A stretch of 63,081 bases of DNA, filler included, from Hausera hauseri (lineage: Eukaryota), in assembly GCA_046269625.1 (NCBI GenBank). It is 10 parts of 10 records of this genome, joined end to end, with 100 filler letters (N's around TTAATTAATTAA, not from the genome) between each part and the next. Parts side by side here need not be neighbours in the genome. Positions count along the whole stretch, not along the records: positions 24,875 to 34,998 come from JBJURY010234406.1; positions 35,099 to 41,659 come from JBJURY010087100.1; 8 more parts are not named here. One strand, given 5' to 3'. Numbering within the stretch: position 1 is the stretch's first letter; each line of letters begins with the position of its first letter. Positions 24,775 to 36,559 of the stretch are shown in pieces. The notes beneath the pieces are model-generated. The model saw only the letters and a program-made list of their open reading frames with translations. It was not told the origin of the DNA and did no database searches. A program made the position numbers and the translations under genes.

Positions 24775-24874
24775 NNNNNNNNNNNNNNNNNNNNNNNNNN
24801 NNNNNNNNNNNNNNNNNNTTAATTAATTAANNNNNNNNNNNNNNNNNNNNNNNNNNNNNNNNNNNNNNNNNNNN
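24775..24874. other. Artificial contig spacer
   Basis: N44-TTAATTAATTAA-N44. Confidence 0.98.
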
Positions 24875-24997
24875 CCCTATTAATCGTGCGTGCGTGTATC
24901 ATTTTTTCTACCCCATGACTCATCCGTGAACCAGGAAAAATTTTCTTCCCCCGAGGGTGGGGGGGTGTCTGATCCAGTGCGCTCACATCTACCTACT
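24875..24997 (-). repeat. Polinton-type terminus (reverse: AGTAGGTAGATGTGAGCGCACTG)
   Basis: Matches the termini at 34589, 37198 and 47914; interrupts the exonuclease-like ORF. Confidence 0.65.
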
Positions 24998-25420
24998 CGC
25001 GCATTTTATAAAACTTGCTAGCCAGCTCCTTATATGTCGTCCTTTCCAGTTTGTACTTTTGAATCACCTCTTCGTGATACACCAAATCACGAACTCCGAT
25101 GATTTGTCGTAACGGACATAAGATGTGTTTTTGCAACATCTCAAGAACTCCGGCTCCGACTACCAACTTATCCGTTAATATGCCAGAAATCTTCTGATAG
25201 AAAACGTTTAAATCCATTTGATTATTGATATTTGACTCCGTTATTCCGGTTATATGTGAATCAAAGTTATTTATTCTTTGTCTTGGCGTTATCATGGTGT
25301 ATAATAACGTGTTACCCTGTAAATCAATGACTGAACATTCCTATGGTGTAAGTTGATTATTCTGGTCGTAGGCCAAGTTCACGGCTGCGACTATGATAAC
25401 TCCATTGCGGACTTGCGATA
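24998..25420 (-). pseudogene. DEDD (REX4/ISG20-like) exonuclease-like domain
   Basis: ECSVIDLQGNTLLYTMITPRQRINNFDSHITGITESNI...KISGILTDKLVVGAG; ExoI acidic residues not evident. Confidence 0.7.
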
Positions 25421-25737
25421 ATCGTTTGTTAGGTTTACCAACTTAGTTTAGGTAATCCGGTTCGATCATGTCAAAGCATGTTCCGCGGGGGGGGGGTGAT
25501 CCACGTGGGTTCTGATTTTATTAATTCGATTCCTATCATTATTCTGTTAGTCATCGTATGAATTTTGAGGGTATTTCTTTTGATCAAGTTGAATTGGATT
25601 GTTATCCCATGATTCGGGTCCAAGTTGAACAAATCTCCTGTTTGATTTGTATTATTGTCTTTAGTTTTAATCTGGAATTTTCCTATGATGTCGTAGATAT
25701 TAAGACTGTGGAATTTTTCTGAGAGATTAATTAGGTC

Positions 25738-27570
25738 TTAAAGAAGAAATAATGTAGCCTTGATTATTTGGACTAGAGCCAATGATCGATTACTTTGGGA
25801 ATATCCCTTAAAATTGTTGCGTATCTGCTGTACCAAAGGAAAGTTATGACTATAGGTGTTGTCGTTTATCACCATGTGATACTGATTTGAAGGATTGGCT
25901 TTGATTAAATAATTTTTGGCATTTTCATACCAATTTTTAATGCGCTGTACTTTGTGCATGTCCACCATCTTGACTGGTACTGTAAAAAAACTGATAAATA
26001 ATGTAACGGTTATCATAATAATTTCGATAATCGTTATTATTTTAGATTTATCATTATTTTTCATGGTAACTGAATAATATTCAGTCATCTTAATTCTTCG
26101 GATTGCATCAACTACAATCCGCTGAAGTTGTTGGCAGCTTGGATTGTCTGTATCCAGGATATTTGGTATACGTCGCATATTTATCCTAACCCAATTTGGT
26201 CTGCGACGTTTTCGTATAAAAGCGATTATCTTTAATGCGAATGCTAACATAATTAATAATATTATGGGACATACAGTACTTATTATTATTAGAATGAATA
26301 TAACTTGCTTTTGGTAGCAGTACACTTTTACTTGAGTTTGTGCTCATTTTCTTATTTTTTACTTTTTGCTGTATTTTGGCTTTTGTCGACGCTGCCAGTA
26401 ATTTCATGGAAATTATCGTATTATCATCCTCGTATAGTTACAGTGTAACCGTATATTTCTTATTGGGATTTAGGTCGGCACACGGTACTATTGTGTCATC
26501 TGGCGTGATTGTGCCTTTTGCTATTATTTTTGACCTAGCTTACAGATGAATTTAATTTTATAGAAATTTAAATCAGGTTGGATAGCTAAGACTAAGGAAG
26601 TGAGCGTGGGAGATATTGTAACATTTTCTAAGACAGAATGTTTTTGACTATAGTGTAAAGCGTGAGGTCGAATAAAAACAGTCATTTCTCCGATGTTTAT
26701 CTTTGTTTTATTAGACAGTAAGGAGTTTGCGAAAGGTGTCGTGACACTTGGATGCTGATCGTAGTGATATTCAATGACATTTTTGAGTGGAACATGTGTT
26801 CTGGGCCCTTGGTGAGTTAAAGTCTTGATGATCTCTGGATCCTTTCATACTAACATAAATTCTAAATCATAGGTTCTTCTTCGTAGGGCATTACAGCAAA
26901 CTTGGAGGTACCTATCGTTTAATTAACATTTTGTCGGTATCCTCTGCTTCTTCTGCACGTCCGTAAGTTTTATACTTATTGCTCTGTTCTATTCAAGCTC
27001 TATCATTGTTCTAATCTCGATGCAATTTCGTCCACTTTTAAAACCTGTCGGCTCTACAGTAAATAGAGTTATTATTATCTCGTCTAATTTGGTTGCATTC
27101 ATTATTCGTCTATTAGGAACCTGTATGATACCTTGGCACTTGGTGTATTGCCACTGATAGCGATTCTTATGTCTTTTGATTAGAGTATAGTATATGAGAT
27201 ATTGGCCAGAGTCATCTACTATACACTCCATTGTGTTCTTCAAATAAGTAAGACCGCAATCATATATTCGTTGTTTCGGACTCCGCTCGTAATCATGCTC
27301 GTGGATTGTTTGAATTCGTATCATATACTGGTTGGGTAACCTGTCAAATATCATGAATCTTATACATTTTTGACCTTTTCTTGTATAAGTTATCTCATGA
27401 TAAATACTTTCCATCAGACTGCTTTCTAACGTTTCGTTTGAAGGGATTGTTTTCATCCATGGATCAAGCGGTTTTGTCGTTTGAGCTAGTAGGCCCGGTA
27501 TCCCTATAAGAACCAGTAGGCAGAGGTATCTGAATACTTCACAATTTGGAGTTTTATTACTTCTCTTTTT
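25738..27570 (-). pseudogene. Post-integrase membrane protein: signal peptide, beta-rich ectodomain with FN3-like repeat, TM helix
   Basis: FRYLCLLVLIGIPGLLA|QTT; LENVTISPTLTSLVL...YKI...DLNPNKKYTVTL; VIFILIIISTVCPIILLIMLAFALKIIAFI-RKRRR. Confidence 0.65.
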
Positions 27571-27573
27571 CTA

Positions 27574-28720
27574 GTCGATGGCTCGTACAAGTTCTTGTTC
27601 ATAGTTTCTTAATTCTTTCTCCTTAGATGCAAGTTTACACCTGTTGACATGTACTTTAATTATAGTGTTATTCTTCTTTAAATATATATTAGGTAGATCC
27701 ACTTTTTCTACTTCATACGGTCCCTTGTATGGTCTATCTAACTTGAATGTTTTACCTTTCTTACAACATCATCTTATCTCCTACTTTAACCGTTGGTTGC
27801 TTGGTATTTTTATCATAATACTTTTGTATTTCAATTTATAATCCTTTTGATTGTTCTTTATTACTTTATACGCTAATTGAAAACATTCCTGCATTAATTG
27901 TTTATATTCTTGTACCGCCATTAACTGAGATATAAGACGCACATTGAAATCCAAATCAATTGGTAATCTAGCATCTCTTAAATACATCATATAAAAAGGT
28001 GTTTCTTTGGTATGTTCATGTACAGACGTTCGATTCACAAAAACACACGCATTAATACACTCATCCCAGTCATCTTGTCTTACATTAACTACCGTTTGTA
28101 GCTTTTCTTTCAGATCTCCTATGTACCTTTCAACCATTCCGTTGTTCTTTGGGTGTCCCGGAGTTGATCGCAATTTCAATATCTTCATAATATCGTATAT
28201 TGCCTGTATTACCTTACCAGTTAAGTCAGATGCTTGGTCTGTTAACACAATTCGAGGAGCTCCATAATTAAATATGATGTTTTCTACAAATTTTTCGGCT
28301 ATCGTTTCAGCTTTCATATCTGGCATGGGTAGTGCAATGACTCATCGGGTGAAATAATCTATAAATACTAAGATATATTTGTTCCCGTTTCTTGTCAATG
28401 GTAAGGGTCCTGTTATATCCATTGCTGTGAATTCAAACGGGGTAGGTGGATTGCCCCATACTTTCAGGTGACCTTTAAATTTGCATCCCGTATTCTTTCT
28501 TGTGGCACAGAGTTTGCAGCTATCACACCAATCTTGGACATCCTTGGCTATGGTTGACCAGAAGTATTTCCTTTTTAGTTTGTTTATCATTTTTCTTACT
28601 CATTGATGTCCACCTAGTAATCCGCCATGATATTGGGTCAATAATACTGCCATATTCCTTTTTGAAATTACTAGTGGGGTCCATTTTCATGATAATATAG
28701 AAATCCATCTTTTTCTTCCT
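27574..28720 (-). pseudogene. Gypsy integrase
   Basis: YFWSTIAKDV...CKLC, MDITGPLP, DYFTR, LTDQAS, NGMVER, KLDRPYKGPY, VHVNRCK. Confidence 0.93.
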
Positions 28721-30200
28721 ACGCATCCCTAAATCGGGTTAAATGACGAGCCAGTTTTCTATCCTTTGGTACAATTTTATTTTGTATATAATTTCTAATG
28801 GCTTTTATTTCTTCATCTTTTCGTTGATTCTCTTTTATCCACTCTACGGATCCATCCATGCTCCATACCGCTGAAATTACTTCTTTCTTTTCTACCTCTT
28901 TCTGTGGCATTCTCGATAAATAATCCACGTTTGCATTTCGTGTGCCTGACTTATACTGAAAATCTAGCGTATAAGGTTGGAGTTTTAAAGCCCATCGTAG
29001 TAATCTACTATTTGGGTTCTCCTGCTTTTTTAGCCATTGCAGTGGTTTATGGTCTGTGTAGATTGTCAATGGTTTATTCTCACTAATATACGGTAAGAAT
29101 ACTTATAAGGCGAATATCACCGCTAATAATTCCTTTTCAACAACGGCATATTTCTTTTGGTGTTTATTTAATTTTCTTGACGTATAAGCAACTGGATGTT
29201 TCTTGTCATCTTCGCCCTTTTGTGATAATACCGCTCCTACTCCATAATCGCTTGCGTCCGTTGCCAGTACGAATGGTTTAGTCATATCTGGATAAGTCAG
29301 GATAGGGGCGTTCAATAATCATTCCTTCAGGTTCTAGAAGGCCTTTTTACACTCACTTGTCCATATTTTCTTTTCTAAATTTTCACGTAATAATTTATAT
29401 AGTGGTTTGGCTATTTTACTAAAATTCTTTACGAATATTCGATAATAATTTGCCAATCCTAAAAATTGGCCTAATTCATTGACAGTAGTGGGTTTTGGGA
29501 AATCTTTAATTTTATTTAATAATCTATCTTGAGGTTTTACACCATACCTATCAACTCGATGTCCGAGAAAATCAACTTCGGTTTGAGCAAATGAACATTT
29601 CTTCGGGTTTATTTTTAAACCCATTACTTCACATTTATCAAAGAGATCTTGTAAGTTCTTCAAATGCTGTTGGAAATTCGAAGATGCTATGATTACTTCA
29701 TCGATATATACCATAGCATGTGGTGCATCTAGAAGTAATAATTCTGTTCCTCTTTGAAAAGTCGGGGGTCCATTTTTTAATCAAAATGGCATTCCATTGA
29801 ATTTCCACAACCCTTCTCCTATTGAGAAGGCCGTTTTCGGCTTATCCTCCGCCTTTACTTCTACTTGCCAATATCCTTTCTGTAGATCAATTGTAGTGAA
29901 TATGGTTGAGCCGTGCAACTTGCGAGTATTTCGTCAATCCTTGGTAGTGGGTACGTGTCTGTTTCCGTTATTTTGTTTAACGCTCTATAATCTACACAGA
30001 ATCTCAGCTCCAACTTTCTTTTTTACCATCACTACTGGAGCCGTCCATGCGAAACAGCTGGGTCGTATTATTTTGTTTTCCCTCATTTCATTCATAAATT
30101 TACTAGCTTCTTCCTTTTTATTATATGCCAGTCTGTATGGTCGTTTTTTTATAGGTTTGTTTTGACCCTCCTTCAACTTGATCGCATGTTATATTACATT
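28719..30200 (-). pseudogene. Gypsy reverse transcriptase and RNase H
   Basis: [54 protein letters not shown]. Confidence 0.95.
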
Positions 30201-30250
30201 CATCGTTCCTAAATTATAATCATTTTTAGCCAATCGATTATTATTTTTCT

Positions 30251-31198
30251 CTAATTATTCTTTACATAAGATATATTACAATTCTGTAATTTTTCTTTCC
30301 AGTTGAAGTTGGTAGCTTCCTGCTCTTTATTTATATTTACATTTCCTTTCAATTTCTTCTTTATTAATTTGTCGATCTCATCTACTTCTGAGATTACTGA
30401 ATTAATTGCTTCTTTCAATACTTCTTTAACATCTGTTGCTTTCCCAAGTCTCATATTCCTTTTCAACCATTTCTCCTTTGCTGCCGTATTACAAATTCTC
30501 AGATGAATTCTTCCCTTCCTTATCCTGTCTATATGTGGTGCAACAATAATATTATGCTTCTCCATTATTTGTGGAAACGGTTCAAAGTGCACGCAGCTTG
30601 TCAATAATCCATACTCTATTTTACCGGGCATTACTATCTCTGATTGTTGTGGAATTATGACGTCTTTAATTAGTGAAATTGATCCTTCATATTGATATTC
30701 AAACCTTCTTAGTTATCCAGTTTTGACATCTATATACACATTATCCAACTGATATAATACATCACATTCGATTAGTATTTCGTTTGTTAAGTTTTTGGCC
30801 ACACTTATGATATGGCTTATTATTTGGCCACAGATTTTAATTTTTGCATCTAAAACTGTCTTTATCTCTTCCTCCATACCAAATGCTCCCACATTAATCA
30901 ATGTTTTTTCTGGTTTTCGTAATCTACTCACCAACGCCTTGGGTAATTGACTTTCCCCCATTATAGTGGTAGTGGATCCCGTATTTATTGGGGCCGTTAG
31001 CGTGTGTCCGTCTATCTCGATATCTATTTCTGGTTTCAACACCGACTGGGCCTCGTTCTTCTTCTCACTCGTTTTGCACGTAGGCTCACGATCATATGAT
31101 GCGTGTTTTTCTTCGTAATCCTGTTTTAGGCGCAATACTTGATATGTGGGATACATTCCTCCATGTTTTACATATTGAGGGGCTGAAGGACTTAACAT
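30251..31198 (-). pseudogene. Aspartic protease plus PR-RT spacer, preceded in frame by a PSAP-containing segment
   Basis: IEIDGHTLTAPINTGSTTTIM (DTG>NTG) and EILIECDVL (ILGxD motif). Confidence 0.8.
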
Positions 31199-31439
31199 TC
31201 GCTCGTTATATATTTGTCCGTGATATTTACCTGCCTGGTCTAACTGAGGTAAATCAGTAACCAGTTTCCGTTTATACTTCTGTCTTCGTAATTTTAACGA
31301 AAATCTTCTAAGTTTTGTTAAGTATCTGTCACTTCTCTGTTTGATATTTAATCATATTCTTCATCATCATTTTGGTATTTAGAGTACTATATGGCAAATT
31401 TTTCTCAATATCTTTAGTCCTTCCTTTTCATTTTGCATC

Positions 31440-32888
31440 ATGATTTGCTAAAAAACAAGTAAAAACCGCTGGTATTACCGCTATTAAGATTTCCTATGAG
31501 CATCATACTGTTGCATGTATTCCATAAGCCTTAGTGAGTGTAATGAATATTGTTCGTAGAGTACTAATGGTAAAATATATTGCTAAAATCCCTGAGGCAG
31601 CTTGACCAAAATATAAAAATTCGGTGTCTAGTAATATTCTAGTTACTGGTATTACGTACCAAGGATCCATATTATAAACTACTGGTAATTTTGCAGTACA
31701 TTCCTCCGTTGGCCTAATGGCTACTTCTATCTTTCTACACTCAATAGTTATAAACACTTCACCCATCACTCTTCCGATCACCCCATCGCACAATGGCATA
31801 ACTGGAGCTACTATGTCGTTGTTGGTTATTACTAACGCCATCTTATTCCGTATTATTTCATAATTTAATTTACATTCGTTCAGTAAAATTTCCCTATATA
31901 AACTTCTGATCTCTTTACTGACATAATTGATTAGAAAGTCGATTTTATCCTTCTTACCTATTTTTGTTTTAGCTTGAGCTACCTCTTTAGTCGAGAGGTA
32001 TATGCTTTTATAGTTAATTTTAAACATTTCTTCATCACAATTATTAATCGTTCCCACGATTTTAAATCGCATCATCCCTTCGGAGGTTTCTGAATATGCT
32101 ACCGTTGCTACTTCCGTCATCTACACTTCTCTGATTCCTTCTTTATATGTTGTCGATTCTCTTTCGGCTGTTTTTCCTACCGTCTTATTAAATTTCCCTT
32201 CCTTTAATAACGTAAGATGGCACCGATTCGCACCAACTTCCCAAGTCATTTTAGATTCTCCAATATAACATTCTCCGTTATCGTATTCGCATTCATTTAT
32301 AGTTGTCATGAGCCTGGTTTGCGAGTCAAATAGTCCTTCATCTTTTAATTGAACTTGATAATCTTCGATGGCAACTGTTCTTGGCGCGATAGTACCTCCC
32401 ACGTCGTAATCCACTCCTTTCAAAATACCTTCCTTCGTCTTATCTATTCTTCATGCTCGAAAGATTCGAGTATATTTTATTTTACTTCGTACTGTCAGTC
32501 TTTGTGCATTTGGTATCGTTATTAGTCCGATTTTAAAAGTGTCTTGGCATTCGGCTCGTAATATTATTATTGGTTCGAAAGGTGTTGTTGGTTCGATAAT
32601 AGCAGAATTCCCGGAGTAATATGCGCAATTAAATAGAAAGAAGGATTTCTTTTCGTAACATTCTCGAATTTTAACTTTTATAAATTCCGATTCCTGGTAA
32701 ACCCAATACCTATAGCCACTAGTTGTTAGTAATTGTTCTGGGTGCGCTTCGGTACACTTTTCTAGATTAACCAATGAGTACTTCTGTCCTTCTTTAGGCT
32801 TTGAACAATCATATGCCACCACGCCCATGGCCTTAGGCATCTATATGGATTCTATCAGTAGTAACTGTAATATTTTCATGAATGTCAT
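31440..32888 (-). pseudogene. Class III fusion glycoprotein, copy B (internal deletion of about 370 bp)
   Basis: VVAYDCSKP...; GRVMGEVFITIECRKIEV...EECTAKLPV; TM FGQAASGILAIYFTI and EILIAVIPAVFTCFL. Confidence 0.85.
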
Positions 32889-32899
32889 CCCGTCTAAGC

Positions 32900-33870
32900 C
32901 TTGTTTTGTATAATACTTGGTTATTTCGTGGCTGCTGTTTCATGTGATCCTCCTTCAGGTCTTATTCTACTATTCATTAGACTTGGTATCCATCCACCTC
33001 TACATTGCACTCAGTTTTCCAAAGTATCGCGTAAAATTTTAACTGTTAATTTTATATTTCTTTTGATTTCCTCCAGATTTTGTGTCTATTAATTAATAAC
33101 AATTACTTTATATAATAAATAAGCAACAATTGTTACTTCTTTTTCTCTAGTGATACCTGCCACAAACATCTTTTCCAATATATCTTGTTCCTGTAATTCG
33201 TTAATTCTATGTTCACTGATATTCTCGTAAAATTTTCTGCTAATCCTCAGCATATTGTTATGCAACGTTTGGAACAGTTCATCGGGAATAGACACTTGCA
33301 TATCGAACGATGCAAATGATGTGTGTAATTTTGCTAACAGCGTTCTCAACAATGGGTCTAAATCTATAGCCTCTGGAATCGTATCAGTTCCTGCCAATAA
33401 CAGTCGTCGCACAGTCTCTTCATTCCTATCTCTTTTGTTTCGAATATGGTTTATTTGAGTTCCTTTTAGTCGTATTCTTATTTTAGTCTCAGTTTGTACC
33501 GTAATATCCTGTGTGTCGCTGATTGGTGGCTCCTCTACTTCCGGTGGTTGTAATTCCCTTATTATATTTTCTATCGTTTCCTCGGCTCTTGCGTCGGGGT
33601 GTATTTCGGTTATCGTGATTGGGTTATAATTTTCACTTCTACATCCAATTCGAAAGGAGTTTATCGTAACCATACAATGTTCTTCTATAGAAATTTAATC
33701 CATATACTTTTTCCTTATAAAATGGTTCTAATTCTTCGATTCTTTCTCGCAATGTTAATATATCATCAGTCTTATTCATCCTGATAACTCTTATATCCTG
33801 ATTCCCTTCTTTCAGTGTTATTCTTACAGCTTCATTTCTTCCTTTTTCATCTTCAGCTACTTTAGGCAAG
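32900..33870 (-). pseudogene. Domain X, copy B
   Basis: DPLLRTLLAKLHTSFASFDM is identical to copy A. Confidence 0.75.
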
Positions 33871-34588
33871 AATAATAATGCATACCTTTTAGCTTCAAAT
33901 TCTGAATATTTGGAATATGTAATGTAACATCAATGTTATTTAAAGTTAAAGTATCATCAGTACCTGAGATATCAAAACAAAATATTAAATATAAATTTTT
34001 ATAATTTTTAAAATTTAATGGAGCTTCTACTTTATATTTTTTACATAAATTAACATAAGATTGATTACGTAATATTACATCATTTTTACTTTTATCAAAT
34101 GCATTTCTATTAATTGAATAATAATTATCATTTAATAGAATTTGTAAAGAATATATTTGTTTATTATCTTTATTTTCTTGTATAAATAAAGAAGAATTTT
34201 TATTCAATTTAATTTCGCTACCTTTAAATCCTATAATTACACATATTAGTAAATAAGCTTAATTTGGTAATTTTGTTGAAACATTTAAACCTTGTTTATT
34301 ATGTAAATTAGTACAAATTATTCTTAAATAATCTACGAATATTAGTTTATTAATATTCAATCAATTTATTAATTTTACTTCTGCTTGCCGATTTAATGTT
34401 AATTTTGGTATATGGAATTCTAATTTCTTTAAAGTCAAAGATCCTTTAGTATCTTTATCCCCCAAAAATATTAATTCATTTGCAATTTGTCTATTTAAAG
34501 TTGGTAATATGTGAATACATAATACTCTATTATAATTTTGTAAAAATCCATATAAATATGGTGAAATATTCCTGTAAACTTTAATTTG
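33870..34588 (-). pseudogene. Polinton major capsid protein (double jelly-roll) fragment
   Basis: LYGFLQNYNRVL...LNR, LKKLEFHIPKL, NYKNLYLIFCFDIS; extremely AT-rich. Confidence 0.65.
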
Positions 34589-34760
34589 AGTAGCAAGATG
34601 TGAGGACACTGAGCGTATATAAATTTCCTAACTCGAGGACCCCTCTAGGATCGCTAATCAATATTTTACTTAGGAAAATCAGGCTCAGCCGTGGTTTTAC
34701 TATTCCCATCCCCAGAAAATCAATTGGCCCAGACGGGGTTTCACTATTCCCACCCCCAAT
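34589..34760 (+). repeat. Polinton-type terminus (AGTAGCAAGATGTGAGGACACTG)
   Basis: Interrupts the capsid frame; homologous to 24350-24500. Confidence 0.65.
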
Positions 34761-34998
34761 TTGTTTAAATTTTATTAAGTTGATATAAATACGCCTGTGT
34801 AAGTGTCACTTGCGAAAAAAGTCAACATTTAAATGTACACTATGACAAAACATAAGACAAAGAATTCTGTACAAAATATTTATTAATATAACATATACAA
34901 ACAATCAAATATTTATGCATTCAATACAATAATGTCCATATGCGACACTTTTGTTTTTATCAACCCAGTGTCGTTTGTCGTCGAAGGGATCTAGAGCT

Positions 34999-35098
34999 NN
35001 NNNNNNNNNNNNNNNNNNNNNNNNNNNNNNNNNNNNNNNNNNTTAATTAATTAANNNNNNNNNNNNNNNNNNNNNNNNNNNNNNNNNNNNNNNNNNNN
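34999..35098. other. Artificial contig spacer
   Basis: N44-TTAATTAATTAA-N44. Confidence 0.98.
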
Positions 35099-35179
35099 TA
35101 TGTAATTGAGAATATAAATAAAATAATAAATCATACAATAAAACTGCATTTATCGAAACGAAACAGAACTGACAGTCAG

Positions 35180-36400
35180 ATGGAAAATGTTTGTTTTTTG
35201 TAGACTTCCATTTCATTTTATATTTGTCAAACAGACATAAAGGTGTATGCCATTATTATTTTGGCTACCAAATTGGAGGCAAGTATAAAAACGTGGACAT
35301 CTCACGTGTATAGCACCGTCTCCAATTCCAATGTGACTGAATGGTAAACGGAAGATGTCTTTTGCTGCATCCATGGTGTGGAGTGAATCATAATTTATAC
35401 TGTTACTTTTGAAAGATAAAAATTAATGGATTCAAAAAGAGGAATAAATCAAAAATTCTGTATTTGATTGCCTATCAGAAATGAAAGCCGTTCCTCGTGA
35501 CTTAGAAAATTCGGTTTCATTCGTCCGTTAACATCTGCATCGCAATGTACCGAAAGTTCAAATGTTGAACGTGAGCCTGCTGTTGTGGATGAGTTGTATA
35601 AACCTGAAGTGGATGGAAAAGACTAACTTTCTTACTCAGGAAGTTCTTAATGACCTTCTCAGAGATTTGGCATTGTAAAAGGCGAAAGCCAAATTACTGA
35701 GTTCAAGTATGAAAAAATGGAATCTGTTAAGGCATTATACCAAAATATCCTGTTTCCGTGATTGTCGAACCATCCTGTCTTACTTTTGGCAAATAAAATG
35801 GGGTATTTGTTTCTGTACTGATACTAATAGTCTAATGCGCGAACTAGGAAACGCAAACGTTTCGGTCAAATGGTGATTACGCATTAAACCAAGCAAAGCA
35901 AATCTTAAAGCGGTACTTCTACGCAATGGAAACCACAGGCAATCTAATCCCCTTGAATATGCACTTAGTCTGAAAGAAAGGTACGAGTCGATGGACACAC
36001 AGTTAAAGCTCACATGTTCAGCCGATCACTGTGGAACTTCTGTGGTAATCTCAATGTTGTCTCTCCTCATGGGTTTGCAACCGGGGTACATCAAATACAT
36101 GCTTCGTATCTTTGGAACTGTCGTGATGATGCCAATCACTACAGTTAAAATAATGGCCTAACCGAAATTTATCTACTCCATTTCATATCAAATTTGATCT
36201 TAAAAATTTTTGTCAAGGCGATAAATACGATGGCGATGCGTTTCAGCACCGGAGAAGATTAGTTTCCAAAAAATGAAGCAAAAATAAAATGTTTTTTGTG
36301 TGTGTAGGTTAGAAGGAATTTTCTTGGTAATCACAGATCCGAGAATTATGCCCATTTCGGAAGAATAATAATTACTGCCTGAACATTGATTTAGGCATGT
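35180..36400 (+). mobile_element. Chapaev-3 (CMC)-like DNA transposase fossil
   Basis: YYFGYQIG..KTW..H, MVW...CYF, LTQEVLNDLLRDLAL.KAKAKLLSS, SKANLKAVLLRNGN. Confidence 0.7.
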
Positions 36401-36559
36401 CGCCCAAAACGCGTTCTGTACCTTTGCGCTGTTGCCGATGCTGATTCACCGCATCGAATTTACTGTTCTACGATGAAAATTCGTTGTTCTGTTGAGTATC
36501 TTGGCATTTTCGCAAAAAATTAGCAAATTTCCAAACTCGATAAAAAAATTAAAAAATGT

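Larger units (their letters stand above)
24998..33870 (-). mobile_element. Envelope-bearing Gypsy family, copy B: X - class III glycoprotein - PR - RT - RH - IN - FN3/TM protein - exonuclease-like domain
   Basis: All domains are co-oriented within one gap-free contig; RT-RH-IN order is the Ty3/Gypsy order. Confidence 0.88.

Noticed and set aside
24350-24997. Termini at 24350 and 24997 as the two ends of one element across the spacer
   Set aside because: The sequences diverge after the first bases and the flanks (ATTAGC vs CGCGCA) give no TSD
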